From NCBI GenBank assembly GCA_023267275.1, contig JAHFNO010000006.1, positions 9,519 to 73,518 on the forward strand: a stretch of DNA of 64,000 nucleotides, written 5' to 3'. The translations under genes and the position numbers were made by a program. Positions 56,087-64,000 of this stretch are shown here, piece by piece. How positions within the stretch are numbered: position 1 is the stretch's first letter; every line of letters begins with the position of its first letter. The stretch is from Candidatus Nomurabacteria bacterium (GTDB lineage: Bacteria > Patescibacteriota > Minisyncoccia > Phycocordibacterales > UBA9973). Below the pieces are notes generated by a model. It saw only the letters and a list, made by a program, of their open reading frames with translations, ran no database searches and had not been told where the DNA came from.

Positions 56087-56671
56087 TTATTTTTTTCCTA
56101 AAATTTTAAGGGCCTCTTTAATACGCGCGTTTGTTCCGATGATTTCGGCAGGCACTTCTTTGAGTGCATCGCGAGCTTCGTTTTGAGAATAGCCGAGTGC
56201 TTTGAGTGCTTCAACAACATCAGACTCGGCGCGGAGTTCATGTGGATTTTCTTTTGTATCGGCATGCGCTTTGAGCTTGTCGCGCAATTCGAGCACTACT
56301 TTTTCTGCAGTCTTGCGGCCGATGCCAGAAACTTTTGTGAGATAACTCGTGTCGCCAGTAGCGATTGCTTTCTTGAGTGTGTTGGTCGATGTTGCACTCA
56401 AAATTGCGAGTGCACCTTTTGGTCCGATACCAGAAACAGAAATAAGGAGCTGAAAAAAATCTTCTTCCTCGCGAGAAACAAATCCGTACAAATCGAGTGC
56501 ATCTTCACGTACGACAAGATAGGTAAAAAGCGATGCCGGTGTATCTTCGCGAAGTTGGGCAAGGGTATCGGTTGAACAATATACTTTGTAGCCAACGCCA
56601 CGAACGTCGATGACTGCAAATTTTTCACTGAGTTCGATGATGGTGCCTGTTAAATGCGATATCATGAACAT
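56087..56671 (-). CDS. ruvA: Holliday junction DNA helicase RuvA
   Basis: MISHLTGTIIE...VIDVRGVGYKV OB-fold N-terminus and HhH motifs (GIGPKGALAIL, GIGRKTAEKV). Confidence 0.85.
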   Translation of the reverse strand: MFMISHLTGTIIELSEKFAVIDVRGVGYKVYCSTDTLAQLREDTPASLFTYLVVREDALDLYGFVSREEEDFFQLLISVSGIGPKGALAILSATSTNTLKKAIATGDTSYLTKVSGIGRKTAEKVVLELRDKLKAHADTKENPHELRAESDVVEALKALGYSQNEARDALKEVPAEIIGTNARIKEALKILGKK

Positions 56672-56834
56672 AGTATACAGTATTCAGTATACGGTATACA
56701 GTATAGGTATCAGACCCTTGAATATCTAAAGTATTTCTGGTATAGTGTTTTTGCCTAAGTATGGTGTCTCGTATTTGGGTCGTTTTATTTCATACTGTAT
56801 ACGAAATACCGTATACTTAATACTAATTCAATCT

Positions 56835-57089
56835 ATGCCAATCACCAGTTCAGCAAAAAAGGCCATTCGCGTTTCAAAGCGCAAGAAGCTCATCAACGAT
56901 CGTCGCACAAAAAACATGAAAGAGGCGATCAAGAAGCTTGAAAAAACACTTAAAGCAGGAACAAAAGAAGAGGCAGCAAAGATGCTCCCAGCTGCGTTCC
57001 AAGCTGTAGACAAGGCTGCAAAGCGCGGTGTTATCAAGAAAAACACAGCATCTCGCAAAAAAGCTCGCCTTGCCCGTCTTACAAAGTAG
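56835..57089 (+). CDS. rpsT: 30S ribosomal protein S20
   Basis: MPITSSAKKAIRVSKRKKLINDRRTKNMKEAIKKLEK...; the internal Met is preferred over the ORF-track start at 56745. Confidence 0.8.
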   Translation: MPITSSAKKAIRVSKRKKLINDRRTKNMKEAIKKLEKTLKAGTKEEAAKMLPAAFQAVDKAAKRGVIKKNTASRKKARLARLTK

Positions 57090-57241
57090 GAATAGGGTCT
57101 CGCCCGTATCATAAAATAATCACGTAAACCACAAGAGTACTAAAACAAGAGAACATAAAAACAACAACAAATGCCCCTAACGGGGCATTTGTTGTATACT
57201 GTTTTTGTATTTATTAGCTAATATCTAGAGCCTAATTATCT

Positions 57242-57499
57242 ATGAGCCTAATAAACTTTTATGGAACCGAATGTCCTCATTGTAAAACAATGGAGCCAAT
57301 CATTGCAGTGTTTGAAAAAGAAACAGGATTGACCGTGGAGCGCAAAGAAGTCTGGCACGATCAAGACAATATGAAAGTCATGGACGGATACGACAAGGGC
57401 GTGTGTGGGGGAGTGCCGTACTTCTTCAATACCGAAACAGGTAAATCGATTTGCGGAGAAGCGACTGTGGAAGAGCTCAAGGAATGGGCTGGAAAATAG
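57242..57499 (+). CDS. glutaredoxin/NrdH-like small redox protein
   Basis: CPHC active-site motif near the N-terminus; 85 aa. Confidence 0.55.
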   Translation: MSLINFYGTECPHCKTMEPIIAVFEKETGLTVERKEVWHDQDNMKVMDGYDKGVCGGVPYFFNTETGKSICGEATVEELKEWAGK

Positions 57500-57599
57500 T
57501 TGTAAAATAAGGATAAAATGATAAAAGCCATATGTATTGACATACGGCTTTTATTGTGCTATCATACGGCTAAACTTTAAAAAACAAAAAAACGCAACG

Positions 57600-58043
57600 A
57601 TGGCAAAAAATTTGAATGTTGACCCAAAAAAGGTTCAATCTATTAAGAGCTTGATTGCAAGCTCACCACTCGCATCAGAGTTCACAAGGAAAATTTGTTT
57701 CCAATTGTTGGAGCAATATCAAAAAACAGGAAATACTGTTTCGATCACACTTTTTGAATCAGAAGAAATTTCCCGTTTTGATATGATTAAGGCAACGGGG
57801 GAGTTTGAAGATTTGAGCAGTAGTGCTCGTTGTACAAAATTAAATACTGTGGTTGCAAAACTCGGTATCTCAATGGAATTTATGGCTGGACTTGGCTACT
57901 ACAACGAAGATCAGCAATTTTTCAACAAGTTTATTCCCACTGAAAATGGGGACAAAGCCGCAACCACTTTTTGGTTCTGCATTCATGGTCAGCATCATAA
58001 AAGTGAGCATCTTATATTTAAAGAAAGGTTTGAAATGGTATAG
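57600..58043 (+). CDS. hypothetical protein
   Basis: The Met at 57600 is preferred over the ORF-track start at 57537. Confidence 0.4.
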   Translation: MAKNLNVDPKKVQSIKSLIASSPLASEFTRKICFQLLEQYQKTGNTVSITLFESEEISRFDMIKATGEFEDLSSSARCTKLNTVVAKLGISMEFMAGLGYYNEDQQFFNKFIPTENGDKAATTFWFCIHGQHHKSEHLIFKERFEMV

Positions 58044-58191
58044 ATAATCATTTTAATCAATTACACAAAACATCCGTATACAACGCGGGTGTTTTTTATT
58101 CTCTATTTACTAATTTAGCAAAATAACGTATAGTCTAACTCTGTATAAGTGTTCCCTTAGCGTGTTAATTCGTTTTTTGGCTAATAAATAT

Positions 58192-58263
58192 GATCCTGTC
58201 GTTCAACGGATAGGACACTCCCCTGCGAAGGGAGAAATGCAGGTTCGATTCCTGCCAGGATCA
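58192..58263 (+). tRNA. tRNA with anticodon GCG (reads Arg codon CGC), variable loop 4 nt
   Basis: Manual fold: acceptor GATCCTG/CAGGATC, D-arm GTTC-AACGGATA-GGAC, anticodon stem CTCCC/GGGAG with loop CTGCGAA, T-arm GCAGG-TTCGATT-CCTGC, discriminator A. Confidence 0.65.
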
Positions 58264-58334
58264 CAAAAAGAAAAAGCACCCATTAGGGTGTTTTTTCTTT
58301 TTGTGTCCTGAGCGAGCCAACTGTTTGGCTCGCG

Positions 58335-58424
58335 GCAGGAATCGAAAGACTTTTCTATGTTTTGTTTACAAAACAAGAAAAGTACCTGCCTATGTAATAG
58401 GCGATCCGTGTACTCACTTCCTGC
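58335..58424 (+). ncRNA. conserved 90-nt structured element downstream of tRNA (copy 2)
   Basis: See 52374-52463. Hairpins TTTTGTT/AACAAAA and CCTAT-GTA-ATAGG replace CCGAAGT/ACTTCGG and GCGAC-GTG-GTCGC. Confidence 0.5.
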
Positions 58425-58578
58425 CAGGATCACCAAGTCGTGACTACTCACGAGGAGCTTAAAATGCTCTAAATATAGCCAAATCAAAAAACTACCCGAT
58501 TGGGTAGTTTTTTGATTTGGCTATTACTGTTTATTTGCGAGAGAAGTAAATTCAAACCCCTGAGGGCTATGACATCCT

Positions 58579-58848
58579 ATGTTTAATGAAACTAAGTACA
58601 CTATCGCCATAAGTATGGGCGAGGCTTTGGAAGAGCATCAAAAACGTCTTGAAGAAGAGATTAGAAAAACATATTATAACGGGCAAAGAGAAAAAGGTGA
58701 TGAGTTGACCCGTGAAAAAGTGAATACGCTTTATGCTTACTTTCCTGTAAAAATAGACCACGAAAATGATTCTAATAATATGTCACTCGTTAAAAGATTT
58801 AATGTGTTAAGACAAGGTATTGAGAAGTTGTTTCGACGGAAAAAATAA
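58579..58848 (+). CDS. hypothetical protein
   Basis: ORF only. Confidence 0.4.
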   Translation: MFNETKYTIAISMGEALEEHQKRLEEEIRKTYYNGQREKGDELTREKVNTLYAYFPVKIDHENDSNNMSLVKRFNVLRQGIEKLFRRKK

Positions 58849-59024
58849 TTTTCACTTTTAATAAAAATACTCAAACATATCAAAATTTCGAGTTTTAAAT
58901 CGGTATCGTTCCAGAAAACATAAGACTACCAAACATGTTGATTTGTTAGGAAATAATTTTACATAATAAAACCCCCTGACAATTTTGCCAGAGGGTTTGA
59001 ATATTTTATTCCCGCTTTACTTAA

Positions 59025-59570
59025 TTACTGCACCGTTTTTTTCCTAAAAACAAGAAAATCCGGTATCAACAATTTTAACGAAACTTCCTTGTTGCCAGCT
59101 TCCTTCATTCTCTCTAATGTTCCGAGTGGGTCAATCAGAAAACTAACACCAACAAGGACAATTAGAAACCCTACTAAAGTGAGGAGAACAAATCTGAAAA
59201 CCTCGTCACCAGCAGTGCTTAAGAAATGATCTTGTCCGGGTGTTATCCCGTGAGAATCATGGTGACACTCAACTTTAATCCCGTTAGGAGTCGATTTTAC
59301 ATAATAAAACCGATGGTCTTCATTAACATTGGGGAAAACCGTAACCCAGCTTTTTTCAACATTTGGATAAAAGTAAGATTTTACTATATCAAATGATGTT
59401 AAATTTAAACCAGCCACCGGAATACCCCGCCCGTTTTCAAAGCTGTATTTTTGAGGCTCAAATCTTTGATTCTCAATGTATGCTTTGATTGGGAAAAGTG
59501 GTAGTACGATTAGAGCTATGCTCATAATACGTAGCAGTGCTGCGCGATGCGCAAGAACAAACTTTTTCAT
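59025..59570 (-). CDS. hypothetical membrane protein (N- and C-terminal TM segments)
   Basis: Hydrophobic segments MSIALIVLPLF and FVLLTLVGFLIVLVGVSFLI. Confidence 0.45.
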   Translation of the reverse strand: MKKFVLAHRAALLRIMSIALIVLPLFPIKAYIENQRFEPQKYSFENGRGIPVAGLNLTSFDIVKSYFYPNVEKSWVTVFPNVNEDHRFYYVKSTPNGIKVECHHDSHGITPGQDHFLSTAGDEVFRFVLLTLVGFLIVLVGVSFLIDPLGTLERMKEAGNKEVSLKLLIPDFLVFRKKTVQ

Positions 59571-59643
59571 TTAATACGTTTTTGAGTTGAACATTGTTTT
59601 GGTGCCTTAGACCCGTGTCTAAGACTATCCGGTAGTTATTTCT

Positions 59644-60135
59644 TTAGGATTTTGGCTTCATTAACGTGTCTTCGTTTATACTCCTCAAGCATTCCAAGTC
59701 GTGTTCCTTTTCAGCAATTTTCTGAAAAGCATTCCTTGTTGCTTGTGGTGTTCGGCCGTTAGATAAATACCAATCATACCCATCTCCGCTAAACCTTTTG
59801 CGGAGAAACCTCGCAGTACTATCCGGCCCCAAAGTCCGCTCAAGTACCAAAATGGCGTCATGCGTAAGCTTGAGGTAGTTTGTGTGGTCTATCCAAGCTA
59901 TACGTGTAAACGCTATTTTAATTGCGCTTGCTTTCAGGGTGTCATTTGGACGCACTAGGTACGTCTTCATGGTGTCCAGGGATAATCGTTCAACTAGCGA
60001 CACTCTTACACCAGGGTAAACCGTAGTGTCGTCAGTGATTATAATTCCAGCGTTACTATTTTTCGCGCTGTTTTTTTGATCGCAATAAGCGATTGTGCCT
60101 ATAACAAGCAAAGCGGCGATGATAAAGCTTCTCAT
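59644..60135 (-). CDS. secreted hypothetical protein
   Basis: The Met at 60135 begins a signal peptide (MRSFIIAALLVIGTIAYC); the ORF-track alternative start is 60201. Confidence 0.45.
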   Translation of the reverse strand: MRSFIIAALLVIGTIAYCDQKNSAKNSNAGIIITDDTTVYPGVRVSLVERLSLDTMKTYLVRPNDTLKASAIKIAFTRIAWIDHTNYLKLTHDAILVLERTLGPDSTARFLRKRFSGDGYDWYLSNGRTPQATRNAFQKIAEKEHDLECLRSINEDTLMKPKS

Positions 60136-60534
60136 ATGTCTATTGTGTTGTTTTTGTGGCGTAAAGCCGTTTTTTGAATTGGTTGCCCCAAGGGCTATCA
60201 AGCCATTCAGGCAACCAATTCAAGTTAAAGCAACCTTATTTTCAAAGGATATACTTATGTTTAGTATAACATATACATCATAAAAAGTCAAGCAAAATAA
60301 CCTTGTAAAATAAGGGTAGAAAAGCTAAGAAGAGTATAAAAATGGGGAATTTTGACCCAAAATCTGCCATAGATTATATTAACTAATCGTTATTTCCTTA
60401 GCGAACTTTTTCAGCAGAAAAAGATTTGTGACCGATACGTGTACTCATTTCCTGTCAGGATCACATCCTCGTGATGGCTCATGAGGAGTTTAAGAAGCTC
60501 TACATAAAGTACCCCCCCAATTGGTTTAAATGTA

Positions 60535-61449
60535 TTACTTTTTTCCTATACTTTCCTTATATATTTTGCTTTGCCTTAAGATAAAATCCCAATATCCTGG
60601 TATGAACTGATGTGCAGCACGCACTGCTACTTCTCCAAGAAATTTGTCAGCTTCATCATTATTAGGATGACGAAAACCCTCAGTTAATTTTTTGACTATT
60701 TCACTATCCAAAGATTCTTGAAATCTAACACCAATGGAAATATAGGAATTACCACGATTGTCAGTCATGTAATTATTGCGAGGTTCCATAGGATCTCCCT
60801 CGAAGCAGCGGACGCGAAATTGCACCAATGCATAAATCCATGGGTCAGATCTAGAGAATTTAGTGTACCCTGTAAAAAGTTCTTTGTCTCCACTAGGTCT
60901 GTCGTCTAAAAATTCTAAACTTCTCGTACTCACCATTTTTTGTTTTTGTTGATCAAAAATACCTCCGCTAGCTCCAGTACCCGAGCCACGTTCTTCGTCC
61001 GTTACATTTCCTATGCCATATGAGACAAAATTGATACGCGGATCATGTTTTATGAGCTCAAGAGTTTTGTTCACTAATTTTTCTTGAAGCGCTCTTTCTA
61101 AAGCTTTAGGATCCTCGGTTGGATCTTCTTTTTTTGGTTCAACAGCGTCAACTGAAGATTTATTGCTTGAGCTCATTTTTAGAATTTCACCACGAATTGC
61201 TTCGGTGGCATACTCATCTGCAGTTTTTCTTGCTTCGTCAGCAATAATATTAAGAGATTCTTTCGATGTCGTTGTAGGAGCCAAGTTTATTTCTTTATCA
61301 TTTGGAATTCTGTCGATATTATTTTTTGCAGCAAGTGCTCCAATCTCCGCCAAGTCTTTATTATCAAGACTAGCTTTGTTTATATCTTCTAGGGTAAATT
61401 TCGCCGGTTCCACGTTTATTATATTACAATGAATTGTAGATTTCGACAA
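60535..61449 (-). CDS. hypothetical protein
   Basis: ORF only; a 2x23-nt tandem repeat lies in its upstream region. Confidence 0.45.
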   Translation of the reverse strand: MSKSTIHCNIINVEPAKFTLEDINKASLDNKDLAEIGALAAKNNIDRIPNDKEINLAPTTTSKESLNIIADEARKTADEYATEAIRGEILKMSSSNKSSVDAVEPKKEDPTEDPKALERALQEKLVNKTLELIKHDPRINFVSYGIGNVTDEERGSGTGASGGIFDQQKQKMVSTRSLEFLDDRPSGDKELFTGYTKFSRSDPWIYALVQFRVRCFEGDPMEPRNNYMTDNRGNSYISIGVRFQESLDSEIVKKLTEGFRHPNNDEADKFLGEVAVRAAHQFIPGYWDFILRQSKIYKESIGKK

Positions 61450-61476
61450 CGATATTTTCGCACCCCATTTTCTGTC

Positions 61477-61523
61477 TAGGTCTTGCCTAGGCTATGCAAT
61501 AGGTCTTGCCTAGGCTATGCAAA
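61477..61523. repeat. tandem direct repeat, 2 x ~23 nt (AGGTCTTGCCTAGGCTATGCAA)
   Basis: Exact tandem copies, each containing a CCTAGG palindrome. The repeat lies between the start of 60535-61449 (-) and the stop of 61487-62239 (-). Confidence 0.8.
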
Positions 61524-62239
61524 TACTCATACGCCTTAGGAATCCACGTATCAATATCCGGATTGTATAACCAAAGCTTTCTTAAATATTCATAATATTT
61601 TTGATGGCCTGGATATCCAAAGTATTCTATTTCTCCTTGCATCTCTTTGAATTCAGGAAGGGTTTGTATTACATCATTAAACAATTCTGCCAACATCCAG
61701 AAGATTCCAGTATTTTTGTCGAGTGTTCCAAAAATCTCTGGAAATTTTTTAACTGCATAATCATAAAAAAAGAAATGCAGTATTTCATGAATTGCAATTT
61801 CATTTGAACCATTTTTGTGTTTGTAAAAAACCTGAAATGTTTTGGTGTCGAGGAATCGGGGATTGCAATTGATTGTCGATATATATCCAACCCATTTACC
61901 ATCAGGTTTGAGGGGATTTTTAAAAACAGTATTCAATTGTTTCGTAAATACATTTTCAATTTTTACCCAGTCGGTTTGAAACTGAGATACATATTGTTCC
62001 AACTCCGTTTTGTGCTCGTCATAATATGTATCAAAATATTCTCCAATAATTCTTTTTTGTTCATCCTCGTGTAAATCTTTTATGCTTGCAAGCGTTGGAT
62101 GAAAATCGGTAACGTTCTTCGAAAAATCAACACCAGCAATTTTGCTGGATTTGTTGAGAAAAACAAAAGCCATTTCTTTGTCGAGTTCTTTATTCAATTC
62201 GAATGTAATGCCTAGATTCATATGCGGAGATTGTACCAT
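61487..62239 (-). CDS. hypothetical protein with HExxH motif (possible metallopeptidase)
   Basis: AIHEILHFFF contains HEILH; no other support. Confidence 0.4.
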   Translation of the reverse strand: MVQSPHMNLGITFELNKELDKEMAFVFLNKSSKIAGVDFSKNVTDFHPTLASIKDLHEDEQKRIIGEYFDTYYDEHKTELEQYVSQFQTDWVKIENVFTKQLNTVFKNPLKPDGKWVGYISTINCNPRFLDTKTFQVFYKHKNGSNEIAIHEILHFFFYDYAVKKFPEIFGTLDKNTGIFWMLAELFNDVIQTLPEFKEMQGEIEYFGYPGHQKYYEYLRKLWLYNPDIDTWIPKAYEYLHSLGKTYCIA

Positions 62240-62267
62240 GACCCCAATAGTATTTTCTTATTTATTA

Positions 62268-62298
62268 CCTGGATCCTGAATCAAGTTCAGGATGACCC
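62268..62298. promoter_or_regulatory. 8-4-8 palindrome ATCCTGAA-N4-TTCAGGAT (second copy at 35288-35320); candidate operator
   Basis: A 29-nt block (GTCATCCTGAACTTGATTCAGGATCC(T/A)GG) is near-identical at the two loci. This copy sits in the divergent marR / HExxH-gene intergenic region. Confidence 0.45.
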
Positions 62299-62392
62299 AG
62301 AAACCCATGAATCAAAGCAGGGGAATTTGCCAAATCCGCCCGAATACGTTATATTAGTTTAGCTAATTATTAGATAAACTAACTATTTACCC

Positions 62393-62818
62393 ATGGCCAC
62401 ACATGAACATACAACGGTCACTTTGGAGGATCTCATTCTGACATTTCGCCGAAAAATTATCGACGTGTGTCGCAGAGAGGGTTTGCCATACGACCTCACA
62501 CTTTCTCAAGCAGAAATTGTTCGCTACATCGGTATGACAGGGCATGTTCCTATGAAGGACATTGCCGAGCATTTGAAAATTACTCCACCATCGGCCACTG
62601 TTGCCATTGCCGAACTAGAGAAGAAAGGAGTTGTCATGCGAGTATCTGACAAAAATGATCGCCGAATCGTTTCCATATCACTCACAAAGAAAGCTGAAAA
62701 AATATATCACTCAATGCAAAAGCATAAAGAGACCGTGCTCAAAGAAATGCTTTCACGATTGAATGAAGCCGACAAAAAAACACTTGAACGAATTATTACT
62801 ATTCTTATAAAAGACTAA
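62393..62818 (+). CDS. MarR-family transcriptional regulator
   Basis: Winged-helix region LSQAEIVRYIGMTGHVPMKDIAEHLKITPPSATVAIAELEKKGVVMRVSDKNDRR. Confidence 0.8.
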   Translation: MATHEHTTVTLEDLILTFRRKIIDVCRREGLPYDLTLSQAEIVRYIGMTGHVPMKDIAEHLKITPPSATVAIAELEKKGVVMRVSDKNDRRIVSISLTKKAEKIYHSMQKHKETVLKEMLSRLNEADKKTLERIITILIKD

Positions 62819-62823
62819 TCAGT

Positions 62824-64000
62824 ATGAAACAAAAATTGCACACATTTATCAATACACCAAACCATGTAGCTATGACCTCAATCGCGATTGCGCTTTTGAT
62901 TGGTATTTTTGGCTACATGCAAATTCACCGCGCGCCAACATATACATTTGCAACTGCGGGAGCGGGAACAATTGCACAACTCTCTGGAAATCAATCAACA
63001 CGTAGTCTGACACTCGGATTTGTTTCTGGTGGACGCATTGCAACTGTTTCGGTAAAAGTAGGCGACAGTGTAAGGAAGGGAGCAGTACTCGCTTCGCTTG
63101 ATGCAGGCAATGCTGCCGGCGTTCTCGCGCAAGCAAAAGCGAATTATCAAAAAGTAGTGAATGGCGCTACGAGTCCAGCTATTGATGTGGCGAAGGCAAC
63201 AGTAAATAGTGCGCAAGTAGCACTCACTGAGGCAACAAAACAACAGACAACGCTTGTTGGAAATGCACTCCGCACATTGCTCAATTCATCACTCGTTGCA
63301 GAAAATACAACGAACGCAACACTGACTCCACCAACAATTTCTGGAACATACACTGGCACAGAACAGGGAACAATTTCATTTACGATTCATCAGACTGGAA
63401 GTGCAGCGTACGCAACACTTTCAGGAATGGTTTCCGGAACAGAAAACCTGGTTTCAGGGGGAGCTACACCGATTGCTGACACAGGGCTCTTTCTTACCGT
63501 ATCAAACCTGAGTGCATATGCCGATACACAATGGAATATTCAGATTCCAAACGTAAAAGCGGTTAGTTATGTTGCAAATTACAACGCATATCAATCTGCA
63601 CTTCAGACAAAAAGTCAGGTGCTCGCAAGTGCGCAGGCAAATCTTGATCAGGCAAATGCAGCACTCACTGCGCTTGTAAGTGCGGCGCGACCAGAAGATA
63701 TTGCGGGAGCTCAAGCACAAGTAGAAATTGCGCAGGCTGCGTATGAAAATACCGTCATTGTTGCTCCAGCAGATGGCACGGTCACTGCAGTACTTGTTGC
63801 ACCAGGACAGATTGCCACAGCAAACGCAGGAGCTATTGAATTGCAGGCACTTTCTACTGAAAAAAATGTTGCCATTGCTGTGCCAGTAAGTGCAATCTTT
63901 TCTCGTAATGGAATCTCTTATGTGCTTTTGCAGAAAGGCAACAGTGTTGTGGAGCAGGCAGTAACGCTCGGTGATAAAGATGCAGTGCTTGTTGAAATCA
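62824..64000 (+). CDS. efflux transporter periplasmic adaptor (HlyD/membrane-fusion protein family); 3' end outside window
   Basis: Absent from the ORF track because no stop falls in the window. Manual translation of frame 1 from ATG 62824 stays open to position 64000. It has an N-terminal TM segment, a lipoyl-like hairpin (GRIATVSVKVGDSVRKGAVLASLD), a coiled coil, and TVIVAPADGTVTAVLVAPGQIA. Confidence 0.7.
   Translation, partial: MKQKLHTFINTPNHVAMTSIAIALLIGIFGYMQIHRAPTYTFATAGAGTIAQLSGNQSTRSLTLGFVSGGRIATVSVKVGDSVRKGAVLASLDAGNAAGVLAQAKANYQKVVNGATSPAIDVAKATVNSAQVALTEATKQQTTLVGNALRTLLNSSLVAENTTNATLTPPTISGTYTGTEQGTISFTIHQTGSAAYATLSGMVSGTENLVSGGATPIADTGLFLTVSNLSAYADTQWNIQIPNVKAVSYVANYNAYQSALQTKSQVLASAQANLDQANAALTALVSAARPEDIAGAQAQVEIAQAAYENTVIVAPADGTVTAVLVAPGQIATANAGAIELQALSTEKNVAIAVPVSAIFSRNGISYVLLQKGNSVVEQAVTLGDKDAVLVEI

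Noticed and set aside
58192-62392. Integrase or recombinase gene expected next to the tRNA-end direct repeats
   Set aside because: None of the five ORFs in the segment has recognisable tyrosine- or serine-recombinase motifs. The island interpretation is therefore kept as a hypothesis only.
1-64000. CRISPR arrays, rRNA genes, complete IS elements, prophage structural genes
   Set aside because: No regularly spaced direct-repeat arrays, no rRNA-like conserved blocks, and no transposase or integrase, capsid or terminase signatures were seen on either strand.

Overview
This is an AT-rich, gene-dense bacterial chromosomal segment. It has many small hypothetical secreted and membrane proteins and short intergenic regions closed by intrinsic terminators. 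The gene content is most consistent with a reduced-genome Candidate Phyla Radiation/Patescibacteria-like organism; this is inference from gene content only, since no rRNA lies in the window. Main content by region:
(1) 1-12.7 kb: a type IV secretion/conjugation-like cluster. It holds a VirB6/TrbL-like polytopic protein, a PrgI/VirB3-like small membrane protein, VirB4 split into a separate N-domain gene and an ATPase gene, a pilin-like/M15-peptidase fusion, and surface proteins.
(2) 12.9-18.2 kb: the replication-origin neighbourhood. jag, yidC, yidD, rnpA and rpmH lie on the minus strand and dnaA and dnaN on the plus strand, with DnaA-box-like sites in both dnaA flanks.
(3) Housekeeping genes: PBP1A, tyrS, ruvC, ruvB, ruvA, a YebC-family regulator, polA, tsaE, holA-like, rpsT, mutM and a SpoU methyltransferase.
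(4) A PilB/GspE ATPase, and a very large Ser/Thr-rich surface protein with a C-terminal anchor.
(5) 40.1-48.9 kb: a type I restriction-modification locus ordered hsdM, NYN nuclease, hsdS, membrane protein, Fic, hsdR. A degenerate duplicate of the hsdR 5' end lies on the other side of the fic gene.
(6) A GIY-YIG gene bracketed by perfect 20-bp inverted repeats, whose 'empty' palindromic counterpart sits just after hsdR.
(7) A DsbA/DsbB-like pair, tRNA-Lys(UUU), a tRNA with anticodon GCG, and a Phd/RelE toxin-antitoxin pair.
(8) A MarR regulator followed by an HlyD-family efflux adaptor that runs off the window end.
The non-coding DNA is rich in structure. It contains a leaderless-type promoter module shared by at least four genes; a dispersed GTTCTNGTG inverted-repeat family around terminators; two identical 146-nt multi-hairpin repeats; a 90-nt element downstream of both tRNAs in which every hairpin has covaried between the two copies; direct repeats that match the tRNA 3' end; a ~140-nt long inverted repeat inside a 0.78-kb gene-free island; and a shared 8-4-8 palindrome that may be a MarR operator.
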